Shown one piece after another: positions 27,197-41,100 of a stretch of DNA of 64,000 nucleotides. The first letter of the stretch is position 1. Each line of letters begins with the position of its first letter. Made by a program: the position numbers and the translations under genes. Under the pieces are notes generated by a model. It was not told the origin of the DNA. It saw nothing but the letters and a program-made list of their open reading frames with translations, and ran no database searches. This DNA is from Auanema rhodensis (Eukaryota > Animalia > Nematoda). The stretch is from positions 9,920,001 to 9,984,000 of the forward strand of contig OZ059897.1 of NCBI GenBank assembly GCA_964057225.1, given 5' to 3'.

Positions 27197-30100
27197 ATGT
27201 CAGCTGCACACGAAAAGGATCCAGGATGGCAATACCTCCGTCGTTCACGCGAACAAGTACTTGAGGTAAGCTTTAAGTTTATAAAGTTTTAAGCTGTATA
27301 TACTATGCAATATTACTATACTCAATCTAAATTCGTCTATCTATCTATTATACATTCTGATGGAGTTGTTTAGGATCAGTCTAAGCCTTATGATTCAAAA
27401 AAGAATTGTTGGATTCCTGATGCTGAGGAAGGATACATGGCAGCTGAGATCAAATCCACTAAAGGCGATACCACTACCGTAGTTACTATTGCTGGAGTAG
27501 AGGTAATCATCCATCATATCTTCTTATTAATTTTCTTAATTTTATTTAATCTTATTATAGAAAACCGTCAAAAAGGATCTCGTACAAGAAATGAATCCAC
27601 CTAAATTTGAGAAAACCGAAGATATGTCTAATTTGACTTTCCTTAATGATGCCTCTGTTCTTTGGAATCTTCGTGCTCGTTATGCATCTATGCTCATCTA
27701 CGTAAGTTCATTTGGTGCTATTGAAAATTGGAAAATATCTTGAAAACAATTAGCAGATTCACTCTGTTTGTTTCAATCAATAGATAAGTTTGAAAAATAT
27801 AATTTCAATACAGAATCTCAAAGCTCACTGTACTTTTTCTTTGAATGAACTATGGCACTTTGCGAGTGTATAGTGGAAGAAATAGGAAGAAATTAGCTCA
27901 GAAATTATTTTGCCATTGACTTGTCTCATCTCACTTAGGCTTCTCTCAAGAATTTTTAGGATAATCGTCAAATTCAATTGTTCTTAGAACAGTTTGCCTC
28001 TTTCATGCTATCGTTCTCTCTCTATTTTCTCTTCGTGATCTCTATCATAACCTATGCTCTCTCGATCGCCTTTCTTCGCAATGCGACGGAAGACAGCGAG
28101 GCATGGATAAGAGATTTGCAAACAACGAAGATCACCCGACTCACAGTTAGCTGACGACGGCACACTGTGCACGATAGCCGGTTTGAGCACGCCATACACT
28201 GTCGCAGTCCTTCACATCCTCCCCCACATCGTCTACTTATCTGCTGAGAAGAGGACGAAAAAATTCAAAAAGAAACATAGCAAGGGGGAATAATCGAGAT
28301 AAAACTTAATTAGAATGATAATAATTGGGAGAATAAAAAAGTTGATGAAACAACACGAACTTCAAACAACTTTACCATTTTCAGACTTATTCGGGTCTTT
28401 TCTGCGTCGTAATCAATCCATACAAACGTCTTCCAATTTACACCGACTCTGTCGCCCGTATGTTCATGGGCAAGAGACGTACTGAGATGCCACCCCATCT
28501 TTTCGCTGTTTCTGACGAAGCTTACAGAAACATGCTCCAAAACCATGAAAATCAATCTATGCTCATTACCGGAGAATCCGGAGCCGGAAAGACTGAAAAC
28601 ACCAAGAAGGTAGGATTCAGAATCTCGTTCTTTGATTCATTTTGACTTCTTTAGGTAATTGCCTACTTCGCCTCTGTTGGAGCTTCCCAACAAGAGGGCA
28701 ACAAGAACTCCGGAGAAAAGAAGGTCACCCTCGAAGACCAAATTGTACAGACCAACCCTGTCCTCGAGGCCTTCGGTAACGCCAAGACTGTCCGTAACAA
28801 CAACTCCTCCCGTTTCGGAAAGTTCATCCGTATTCACTTCTCCAAGCAAGGAAGACTTGCCTCTTGTGATATTGAACACTACCTCCTCGAGAAATCTCGT
28901 GTTATCCGTCAAGCTCCTGGAGAGCGTTGCTACCATATCTTCTACCAGATCTTCTCTGATTACAAACCTGAGTTGAAGGACAAGCTCCTCCTTAACAAGC
29001 CACTCAAGGATTACTGGTTCGTTGCTCAAGCTGAGTTGACCATCGATGGTATCAACGATACCGAAGAATTCCAACTTACTGACGAAGCCTTCGACATCCT
29101 TAACTTCTCCGAGCAAGAGAAGATGGACTGCTACAAACTTATGGCTGCTCATCTTCACTCTGGAGCCATGAAGTTCAAGCAACGTCCACGTGAAGAACAA
29201 GCTGAAGCTGACGGAACTGATGATGCTGAAAAGGCTTGTGCTATGTACGGAATTGATGTTGACCAATTCATCAAAGCCTTGGTTTCCCCAAGAGTTAAAG
29301 TAGGAACTGAATGGGTTTCCAAGGGACAGAATGTTGACCAAGTTAACTGGGCTATTGGAGCTATTGCCAAGGGTCTGTACGCTAGAATCTTCCACTGGTT
29401 GGTTAAGAAGTGTAACTTGACTCTTGATCAACAAGGAATCAACCGTGATTACTTCATTGGAGTACTTGATATCGCTGGTTTCGAAATCTTCGATGTAAGC
29501 TTTTCCATATTCAACTTCATTCTAATGAATTTTCTAATTTTAGTTCAACTCCTTCGAACAGCTCTGGATTAACTTCGTAAACGAGAAGCTCCAACAGTTC
29601 TTCAATCACCACATGTTCGTTCTTGAACAGGAAGAATATGCTCGTGAAGGTATCCAATGGACTTTCATCGATTTCGGTCTTGATCTCCAAGCCTGTATCG
29701 AACTTATTGAGAAGGTTTGTCAACTCTTCTCTTCAACTTATTCTGATTTTCTCCTCTTTTAGCCACTTGGTATCATCTCTATGCTCGATGAAGAATGTAT
29801 TGTACCAAAGGCTACTGATATGACTTTGGCTCAGAAGCTTGTTGAACAACATTTGGGCAAACACCCCAACTTCGAGAAGCCCAAGCCACCAAAGGGAAAG
29901 CAAGCCGAAGCTCACTTTGCCATGCGTCACTACGCTGGTACTGTCCGCTACAACGTCAGCAACTGGCTCGAGAAGAACAAGGACCCCCTCAACGACACTG
30001 TCGTCTCCGTCATGAAACAATCCAAGGCCAACGAGCTTTTGGTTGAAGTCTGGGGAGATTACACTACCCAGGAAGAGGCTGCTGCTCAAGCCAAGAGTAA

Positions 30101-33100
30101 GTTAGAAAAATCAAAGATGCGATAATAACAGAGAAACTTAGGCGGTGGAGCAAAGAAGAAGGGTAAGTCTGGATCTTTCATGACTGTATCCATGATGTAC
30201 CGTGAATCCCTCAACAAGCTCATGACTATGCTTCACAAGACCCATCCTCACTTCATCCGTTGTATCATCCCCAACGAGAAGAAGCAAGCTGGTAAGAATA
30301 CCCTGAGGCTATTGTGATATTTTATTTTCTTCTTTTAGGTATGATCGATGCTGCTCTTGTACTTAACCAGTTGACCTGTAACGGTGTACTTGAAGGTATC
30401 CGTATTTGCCGTAAAGGTTTCCCCAACAGAACCCTTCACCCCGACTTCGTCCAGCGTTACGCTATCCTTGCCGCAAAGGAAGCCAAGTCTAGCAAAGACC
30501 ATAAAGTTGCTGCTGGAGCTATTCTTGACGCCATCGTTGCTAGGAAGAGACTTGACAACGAACAATTCAGAATTGGACACACCAAGGTCTTCTTCAAGGC
30601 TGGAGTTGTTGCCCATATGGAAGATCTTCGTGACGAAAGACTCAACGATATCATTACTGGCTTGCAGTGCGCTATTCGCGCTCACAACGCTCTTGCTGAT
30701 TCCGGAGCTCGCAGACGTCAACTCAACTCTTACATCATTCTTCAAAGAAACATCCGTTCTTGGTGCATTCTCCGCACATGGGATTGGTTCTTACTCTTCG
30801 GTAAGATCAGACCTCAACTCAAATGCGGAAAGATGGCTGAAGAAATGTCAAAGATGGCTGAAGAGCACAAGTCTCTCGAAAGTGCCGCTGCTAAGGTTGA
30901 AGCCGAGCGTAAGGCTAAGGAAGAGAGCTACAACAAATTGAATGCCGACAAGGCAAAATTGTTGGAACAGCTCGAAATGACCAAGGGAGGATCTGCTGCT
31001 ATTGAAGAGAAGCTCACCAGATTGAATGGTGCTAAGCAGGAGTTGGAGAAGGGTCTTAATGATATCAGTGATAGACTCTCTGAGCAAGAAGATAGAAATG
31101 CCGATCTTGAGAAGCAGCGCAGAAAAGCTCAACAAGAAGTCGAGAATATGAAGAAGAGTATCGAATCTGTTGATTCCAGTCTTCTTAAATCCCAGGAAGA
31201 GAAGCAAGCTAAGGAAAACCAAATTCGCTCTCTTCAAGATGAGATGAACTCTCAGGATGAATCTGTTGCTAAGTTGAACAAGGAGAAGAAGCATTTGGAA
31301 GAAGTTGCTCGTCAACTTGTTGAAGATTTACAAGCTGAAGAAGCCAAGATGGCTCAAGCTAACCGTTTAAAGGCTAAGCTTGAACAAACTCTTGATGAAA
31401 TGGAAGAATCTGTTGAGCGTGAGAGACGTATTCGCGCTGATACTGAAAAATCCAAGAGAAAGGTTGAGTCCGAACTCAAGGCTGCTCAAGAAAATCATGA
31501 AGAAATGACTAGGATTAAACAGGAGGCCGAGTCTTCTCTTAAGAAGAAGGAAGCTGACATCCATGCCCTTAGCGTTCGTATTGAGGATGAGCAAGCTATG
31601 GCTAACCGATTAACTCGTCAATCTAAAGAAAACGCTGCTCGCATTATCGAGATTGAAGATGAGCTCGAGCATGAGCGTCAAACTCGTGCTAAGGCCGATC
31701 GCGCCCGTGCTGAGCTTCAACGCGAACTTGATGACTTGAATGATCGTCTTGATGAGCAAAACAATCAAATGCAAGCTCAACTTGAGCTCAACAAGAAGAA
31801 GGATTCTGAACTTATTAAGAGCAGACGCGACTTGGAAGAAAAGAACATGGCTCATGAAGATCAACTTGGATCTCTTCGCAAAAAGAACAACGATACCATC
31901 GCTGATTTAACCAATCAATTGGATGCTTTACAAAAGAACAAAGCTAAGCTTGATAAGGAAAAGGGAGGCCTCCAGAAGGACCTTGACGACTTGAATGTTC
32001 AAGTTGATCAGGAAACTAAGGCTCGTGTTGAACAGGAACGTCTTTCCAAACAATACGAAATTCAAGTTGCTGAGCTTCAACAGAAGGTTGATGAGCAATC
32101 CCGTCAAATCGCTGATTACTCCAGCTCTAAGGGACGTCTTGTCAATGACAACAGTGATCTCCTTAGACAAGTTGAAGAACTCGAAGTTCAGCTTGGAGCT
32201 CTCAATCGTGCTAAGGCTGCCCTTAGCAGTCAACTGACTGAGGCTAAGAAGGCGGCTGAAGACGAGACCCACGAGCGCCAAGACTTCAACGCCACCTGCA
32301 AGAACTTGGAGCACGAAATCGATCAGTGCCACGAACTTCTTGAGGAAGAAATTAATGCCAAGGACGACATCCAAAGACAACTCAGCCGTATCAATTCCGA
32401 AATTTCTCAATGGAAGGCCCGTTATGAGGGAGAAGGACTTGTCGGAGCCGACGAATTGGAAGACCTTAAGAGAAAACAAATGGCTCGCGTCATGGATCTC
32501 CAAGAAGCCCTTTCTGCCGCTCAAAACAAGGTTATCTCTCTTGAGAAGGCTAAGAGTCGCCTTCTTCAAGATACCGAAGATGCTCGGTCTGATGTCGATA
32601 GACACCTTACTGTCATCGCTGCCCTTGAGAAGAAACAAAGAGCCTTCGACAAGATTGTTGAAGACTGGAAGCGCAAGGTTGATGATATTCAAAAGGAAAT
32701 TGATGCAACCACTCGCGACTCTCGCAGCACATCTACCGAAATCTTCAAGCTTCGCTCTGCCATGGATAATTTAACCGAGCATATTGAGACTCTTCGTCGC
32801 GAGAACAAGGGATATTCCCAAGAGATTCGTGACCTCAATGAACAAATCGGACAGGGAAGCCGCAGCTACCATGATATTCAAAAGTGCGTCAAGCGCTTGG
32901 AACAAGAAAAGGAGGAACTCCAACACGCTCTTGATGAGGCTGAGGCTGCTTTAGAAGCCGAGGAAAGCAAGGTTCTTAGATCTCAAATCGAGGTTCAACA
33001 AATTCGCTCTGAGATCGAGAAGCGTATCCAAGAGAAGGAGGAAGAGTTCGAGAACACCCGCAAGAACCACCAACGTGCTCTTGAATCCATCCAAGCTTCC

Positions 33101-34403
33101 TTGGAAACTGAAACCAAGAGCAAGGCTGAACTCCTTCGCGCTAAGAAGAAGTTAGAGAGCGATATCAACCAACTTGAAATTGCCCTTGATCATGCTAACA
33201 AGGCCAATGTTGATGCTCAAAAGAACCTTAAGAGATTATTCGACCAGGTATGAAGTTATTTCAGAATATGATATTCTTATTCAAAACATTTTAGGTCAAA
33301 GAGCTCCAATCTCAAGTTGATGAAGAACAAAGACGCCGTGAGGAAATCCGTGAGAACTACCTGTCTGCCGAGAAACGTCTCGCTGTTGCCTTGTCTGAAT
33401 CTGATGACTTGGCCAACAGAATCGAAGCTGCTGAGAAGGTAAATATGACAGAATTTGCAAGTTTTCAAAAATTTCTTTCAGCACAAGAAGCAATTGGAAA
33501 TCGATCAAGGAGATCTTAAATCTCAGAACACTGAATTGATCGCCAACAATGCTGCTTTGTCTGCTATGAAACGTAAGGTTGAGAATGATGTTCAAATCGC
33601 CAGAGTAAGTTTAATGGAAGGAAACCTATCTAATATTCTGTTTATAGAACGAATTGGATGATATTCTCAATGAGCTTAAGGTTTCCGAGGAACGTGCCCG
33701 CAAGGTATAGTTGTTGTGTGTCAATATCATACTAAATGACTGATGATTGAAGGCTGCTGCTGACGCTGACCGCCTATCCGAAGAAGTCAGACAAGAACAG
33801 GAGCACGCTATGCATGTTGACAGACAACGCAAAGGACTTGAACTTACCGCCAAAGAATTACAACAGAAGATCGATGATGCCGAACGCGCTATGGTTCAAT
33901 GTAAGCAGCAAAAATCAAGATATGAACTTTAAAAATCATTTTCAGTCGGACAAAAAGCCCTTGCCAAGGTTGAAGACCGTATTCGCGTGTTGGATGCCGA
34001 ATTCCACTCCGAACAACGCCGTCACCAAGAAGCCATCAAGGGTGTTGCCAAGCAAGAACGTCGTTCTCGCGAACTCCAATTCCAGGTTGAAACTGAGTAC
34101 AACAGATGATTCTTAACATTGTGCTTGCTTATAGGTCGAGGAAGATAAGAAAGCCTTCGACCGCCTACAGGAAATGGTAGAGAAATTGCAACAAAAGATC
34201 CGCGTACAGAAGAGACAAATCGAGGAAGCTGTAAGAACTCATCAAACTGATCTATTTGTAAAGAAACTGTTTTACAGGAAGAAGTAGCAACGCAGAACTT
34301 ATCTAAGTTCCGACAGATACAATTAGCTCTCGAGAACGCAGAAGAACGTGCCGAAGTAGCCGAGAATAGCCTTGTTCGTATGCGTGGACAGAAGCGAGTA
34401 TAA
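27197..34403 (+). CDS. let-75: Pharyngeal-type muscle myosin heavy chain (MYO-1 / MHC D)
   Basis: [20 protein letters not shown]; ASVLWNLR; P-loop GESGAGKT; IQ/neck [25 protein letters not shown]; short C-terminus [27 protein letters not shown]. These match remembered MYO-1-specific sequence rather than UNC-54 or MYO-3. Confidence 0.85.
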
Positions 34404-37356
34404 CTTTATCGTTCTCTCCTTCTCTTTATATTAGATTCCAACAATATTTCTCAAATAAAACAAAAACAAGATTCTGTGAGGAAATTGTAAAATAACAAAA
34501 CTGATGTTCATTACAAAAATTTTCTTTTTTCTCTGAGTTATTTCAAAGAAGAATTATAAGAAGTAGAGTCTCGTCGATTAGATGATAATAAGCCCTCGTT
34601 GTCTTGATGTGAAATCTCTAATCAATTGGATGAAGACGTTTGACGGTTTGCTCCACTGCTCCGACGTCGTATCAACCAATAGTGTTTCACATCGCCAATT
34701 TTCAACGATCGATTCTCCTTTTAATCATTATTCTTTATATTCATTTTGTGTTTTTTTCTTACTTTTATATTTCTGATAAATAAAATAATGAGGGTGTATT
34801 AAAGGAAATATTGGTCTTTTCTTTGAAATTTCGTGTAATTTCATTTCATACACATATAAGAAATCAGATTATAAAATAGATTAATTCAATAGATTTATAG
34901 CTTTTTCTTCCTTTTTTTTTCAAAAAAATTCAATAAAATTTTCATTTTTTTCATCATTTACGTTATACAGAAGCGGAAGAAGGAGGTGATGAAGGTGATG
35001 ATATGATGTGAAGGGGAACGATAGACTGCCTGTCTACTGAACTGCTCTCTGTTTCTATAAACTGCGCCTTCTATCTGTAACATTCAAAAGAGAAGATAAG
35101 TCAAGATTGAGAAGAATGAGAGAGGGAATGAAGAAGGATAAAGAGAGAGATTGAGATTGAGAGAGATTGAGGTGAAGAGAGAGGAAAAACTAAGAAAACG
35201 CTTGGAAAGAATAAATAAGAAGAAGCACACGAGTAGAACTAAAGGAGCAGAGGCGGAAATTGAGGAGGTGGAAAAAGGAGAAAGAGGGAGAGAACGAGTG
35301 AGAACCACATAACGCATGACAGCCGTGCTTTAGATTTCACTAAAGCCGAAAGATAATCTACATTTTTACCAATATAGTTTTGAATATAGTTCTCTTCATC
35401 AACGGGTATAGCATACGCTGAACACAAAGAACTTGTAGTTTGTTTTAAAATTAAAAAAATTCGATAAAAATAAACAATGAAAGCAAGAGTTATGTTGATA
35501 GAGATAAACACAAATGTTTTGTTTTTTATCCTTTAAAAACAAATGAATTATCACGTCAAGCTTCAACTTGTATAATACTTTGTAATTGTAATTTTGGTGA
35601 AAAGAAATGAGCAGTATAATATGTTGAATCAACAAGAACAGTTGCCATCTTGCACACACTTGCAAGTCAAAGACTAATTAATTTAATTAAATATATCTTT
35701 TAATTATTTACATAAAATCTTAGTAAATACTTGACTATATATCCAATATTATTAAATCTCCCTCTTGGAATATTTTTTCTTTTCTTTTTTTTTCAAAATT
35801 AGTTCATTTCAGAAGTTTTTATGTCGATTACGAGCCAATCATTTAGGGTACACGGTGTAATGGCATCTATCATGAGGAGGAATCCAAATGCTGGAGCTCC
35901 TACTTCTGGCCATCTCTCTCTCTCTCTCTTTTTTGTCTCTCTTTATCTCACTCTCTCTCTCTCTATCTTCTCTCTTAAACATCAAACAAAACCACATTCA
36001 CTTCCGCTATTATAATTATTTTTTTGATCATGAAGTAAAACAATGTTATTTATACTAAAACATAAATTATAATTCAAAGTTTTAAGTTTTCAAGTTGAAA
36101 AAAAGTTTTTTTAATAAATTACAAAAACATTGATTAGATCACAAGTTCAAATAATGTTTCTTATAAACATACTATAACACTTCTTCTTCATTGATATGGT
36201 TCTCATTTCTTGATAACAAACCATCTTTCTTTGAGAAACAACATCGAAAATACGTTTATCATGGATTCTCTTCATCCGCCGGAATGTTGATATTGGTTCA
36301 AAATACTTCAAGGAATGTTATGAAATGTTTGAGAATCAGTAGAGCTCAACTTGCAAAAAAACGCAAAAACTTGAATGAATTTATTATATTTATCAAGTTG
36401 AAGGGAGGAAATATAATTAAATTATAAGAATAATACAATACAATACTGAAATACTTAAATAAAACAAATTAATATTAGAATAGTATGAAAAGGTAATTCG
36501 TAGTTCAAACAGGTGTCATCATCTTAACAAAACTTTTTTCACGTATCTTGCTAATACTAAACATCGCCTTTCCGTCTTTTTCTCTTTATCTTTCTCTTCT
36601 TTTTCAGTTTTCTATACCACTTCTTCTTCTACTTCTTCTAAAGCTTTCTTCATTTCCATTTCTCTAAATTTTCAAGAAAATCTCAAAAAACTATTCAGAA
36701 ACTTTTCAACAGATCTACATCTGTCTTCTACTGCTACGAGTAAAAAAAAATTTCAGATTCCAACTGTTGTTCACTTCCTTTTACCAAATATTTTACTGTA
36801 ATATTTGAGTGATGAACATTGGCATTGAAAAAATGGCTTTTTCAATTAGATGTACGGATATGTTAAAGTAAAATAGAAGAAAGAATGATGAAAATGGTTA
36901 GTGAGAGTATAAATATCTGAGCATTTTCTTGTGAAAAGTTTCGTTCTTGAAGTTATTCATAATATCTCTTTCTTCACTTTACCGATCCCCTTAGGAGATC
37001 ACTTCGGATTTTATTGAAAGAACCGCATGTGGCAAGAATTGTTGTAGATGAACAAGTGAAGAAGAAGAAGAGAAAATGAGCAGGAAGAAACAGAAAGTAG
37101 TCCAACTTTGACAGAGAAATCTTCACATCGACTAGAGAAACGAAAAAGAAATTCTAACATTGAAGATAAAAAGAGAGAAAAGAAGAGAGATTCATAAAGA
37201 TAGAGAATATCAGGAGATAGGAAACACAGTTGTTTTGTTGCTGGACACGAGATAAGCTTCATGTAAGCATTGCTATGTCTTTGAATGTAGAAAAGATATG
37301 GTGAAGAGAGGATAGGATGGAATGTTCACAAGGTAATGCAATGATAGAAGAAGATA

Positions 37357-37465
37357 GAGAGAAAATGAAGAATACAGAGAGAGAAAGAGAGAGAGAGAAA
37401 GAAAGAGAGAGAGAAGAGATAGAGATAGAGATATGTAGATAGATAGATTAAGGGAGAGAGAGAGA
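37357..37465. repeat. GA/GATA-rich low-complexity tract upstream of unc-54
   Basis: Visible purine-rich microsatellite mosaic. Confidence 0.8.
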
Positions 37466-38176
37466 GTGAAATATAAAGAGAAAAGATAAAGAGAATTAAC
37501 AAATCAAGAGAAGAACAGAATGATGTATTTATATATTTATGTATATACAATGTATATATATATATATATACATTATTTGTATAGATAGATAGATATATAG
37601 TATTGTACGTAATTTTAATAATTCATACATATACAGTTAACTATATGCATATAAATTAACTTTGAATGAAAAAGCTGTAAACGAAGAATAGTTTAGGGGA
37701 ATTATACCAAAAAATTCAAATCTGATTACCCATACCCCATACCCAATACCGTTTACAGTGAAATCAAAAGTATCATAGTTTTAAAACAAATCAGTTAAAC
37801 CTACTTGATATACGGAACTGATTAATACTCTAATTCACTTTAATAAATCAAACTTCGTTGAATGTAGGATTGCATCCCAAATTAAAAATTTTAGAACACT
37901 TACGGTATGTCATCATTCACTGTTTCATGGGTTACTGTATTTACAGTCTTCTGTATTCATTTTTGATGTTTGAAAATCAGTGTGTTTCGTACACTCTCCA
38001 ACAGTAATCATTTCTCTTGCTGGCTAAGTTTCCTGGAATCTCAGACATTTAGACATTACAGTAGAAGTGAGAGACGAAGAGGAGGAGGAGGGAACTTGAA
38101 CAGGAGGTGTGGCATCGCCTGAGGCTTTCCTGCCATTGCACGGGCAGACTCTCCACGAAGAAGCCGCATTTCCAAG

Positions 38177-41100
38177 ATGGAACACGAGAAGGATCCCGGA
38201 TGGCCGTACCTGCGTCGTACTCGCGAGCAAATGCTCGAGGTTTGAACCCATTTTGAGCCTTTTTTTCCTTTTTTAAATTTTTTTAAATTTTACAATTTAT
38301 TGTTTTTCTTTGGTTTAGGACCAGAGCAAGCCATACGATTCCAAGAAAAATTGCTGGATCCCAGATGCCGAAGAAGGATACGTTGCTGGTGAGATCACGG
38401 CCACTAAGGGAGATCAAGTCACTGTTGTCACCGCCCGTGGAAATGAAGTAACTTATTCTTATATTTCTTTCTAATTTAAATTAAAATTATTATTTTTTGA
38501 AATTCTTATTTCTAAATATTTTAAATTTAATTATAACTTGAGAATAATTGAAAAAAGGCTAAATTGATTTTGATTAATAATAGTATTCTATCTGCTATAT
38601 ATTCACATTGAAATATTCTATTACCGTAATTTTATTGGAATAATTTCATATACTGTATTCATATTTCTGTTTACAGTAATGCTTTTTGAAAAAAATTGAA
38701 TGAGAAAGGAAATTTGAAGTTGAAAATTACGATTTAAACTTACATCATGCTTACTTTTTCATATTGACTCTTTGTACATAAAATTCTAAAACATCTCCCT
38801 CCCCCACTTTTTCCCCTCTTCTTTCTCTATTACTGGCAGCTGTGAGTTTCGTTTACGACCATAGTCAAAAGGCAAGAAGAGAGGAAGGGCGATATGGGAT
38901 AAGGAGAAGAAAGATAGAAGCATCAGGTTAGAGCATAGGAAGAAGATAAGAGATATGAGTAGAAATTGAGAGAGTATGAGAGACATTGAGGTGAGAAGAA
39001 TGAGCCAAGAGGGAGGGAGTTCGTTAAGAAAAGAAAGATGAAGACTATGCCAAGAACAAGAGAAAAGAGAATGTGAGTCTATGAAAATGTGTAATAGTTG
39101 TCGCTGCCGTAGGCGAATATCAGAGAAAAACCCATGGTTTGAATTTCGCTTAAAACTTCAAAGTTGCAATAAAAACGGGAAAATTCAGAAATAATATAAT
39201 AGCCTAAAAACTTTTTTCAATTATTCCAAGAAATATGACAAAAAAAAGTTAAAATGTAACTGTGAAAATGGATCTGGAATTATAATATTTCTTTGTAGAT
39301 CACCCTCAAGAAGGAGTTAGTTCAAGAAATGAACCCTCCAAAATTCGAGAAGACTGAAGACATGTCCAACTTGTCTATGCTTAACGACGCCTCTGTACTT
39401 CACAACTTGCGTGCCCGTTATGCTGCTATGCTTATCTACGTAAGTTTTAAGTTTTCATTAATGATATTGAAGTCGAAGAACGAAAGAACGATGCAAATGA
39501 TACTGTATGGATGTGTCCATTCAAAGATGAAAAACAAAAGCTTTTGTTGTTGCATTCATATCTTAGTATTCATTCGCTACCGGCTATTACAATTGTGCCC
39601 ATCTTGTGTCAAGCAGAGCAAAGGAATCTCAACATCTGCCTCAGTAATCGTTCTCACTCCTTCTATCACTCGTTTCTCTTTCTTTATCTCTCATCTTAAT
39701 TTCTCTCACTAGTTGAGAACATTTGTTGTTCAGTAGTAGGATATCAAAGAAGAAAAAGAGAGAAAGATAGAGAGAGCGAGAGAAAGAGCGAGAGAAGCCA
39801 GAAGAGAGAGTGTTCTTATTCACAGAAAAGAGAATAAGAGAGAAAAAAGAAAAAATATAAGAGAAATTGGAAGAGATTTAGGCAGAAAAAGAAAAAAGAG
39901 AAAAGAGCACAAGCTAGAAGATAGAAGTGTACGACTGGCATTTTTGTTTTTCCTCAGACACAAAAGATGAAAGCAGCTTAAACAGCCGCGGTAACAGAGA
40001 TGGTTATAAAGTAAGAGAGAGAGATATCGAGCTTAATGTACAACGTTCGATTTCCTAGAAAAATGTTGGCAAAAACTTTAAGGACAGTTGAAGGGAGATG
40101 AGGAAGCAAACGAGTTAAGACGGGAAAATTTAGAAAATTATACGATATCAGGGTTTCGATTTGGAAATAAATATAAATATGCTTTCAGACTTATTCGGGT
40201 CTTTTCTGCGTCGTAATCAATCCATACAAACGTCTTCCAATTTACACCGACTCTGTCGCCCGTATGTTCATGGGCAAGAGACGTACTGAGATGCCACCCC
40301 ATCTTTTCGCTGTTTCTGATCAAGCTTACAGAAACATGCTTCAAGATCATGAAAATCAGTCTATGCTCATTACCGGAGAATCCGGAGCCGGAAAGACTGA
40401 AAACACCAAGAAGGTAGGATTCAGAATCTCGTTCTTTGATTCATTTTGACTTCTTTAGGTAATTGCCTACTTCGCCTCTGTCGGAGCTTCCCAACAGGAA
40501 GGCAACAAAACTGAAGGAGAGAAGAAGGCTACTCTCGAAGACCAAATTGTACAGACCAACCCTGTCCTCGAGGCCTTCGGTAACGCCAAGACTGTCCGTA
40601 ACAACAACTCCTCCCGTTTCGGAAAGTTCATCCGTATTCACTTCTCCAAGCAAGGAAGACTTGCCTCTTGTGATATTGAACACTACCTCCTCGAGAAATC
40701 TCGTGTTATCCGTCAAGCTCCTGGAGAGCGTTGCTACCATATCTTCTACCAGATCTTCTCTGATTTCAAGCCAACTCTCAAGAACGACCTTCTCCTTGAC
40801 AAACCACTCAAGGATTACTGGTTCGTTGCTCAAGCTGAGTTGACCATCGATGGTATCAACGATACCGAAGAATTCCAACTTACTGACGAAGCCTTCGACA
40901 TCCTTAACTTCTCTGGTCCTGAAAAGATGGACTGCTACAAGCTTATGGCTGCTCTTATGCACATGGGTAACATGAAGTTCAAGCAACGTCCACGTGAAGA
41001 ACAAGCTGAGCCAGATGGTACTGAAGAAGCTGAAAAGGCCGCCAATATGTTCGGAATCGACCCTGAAGGTTTCCTCAAGGCTCTTACCAAGCCACGTGTA

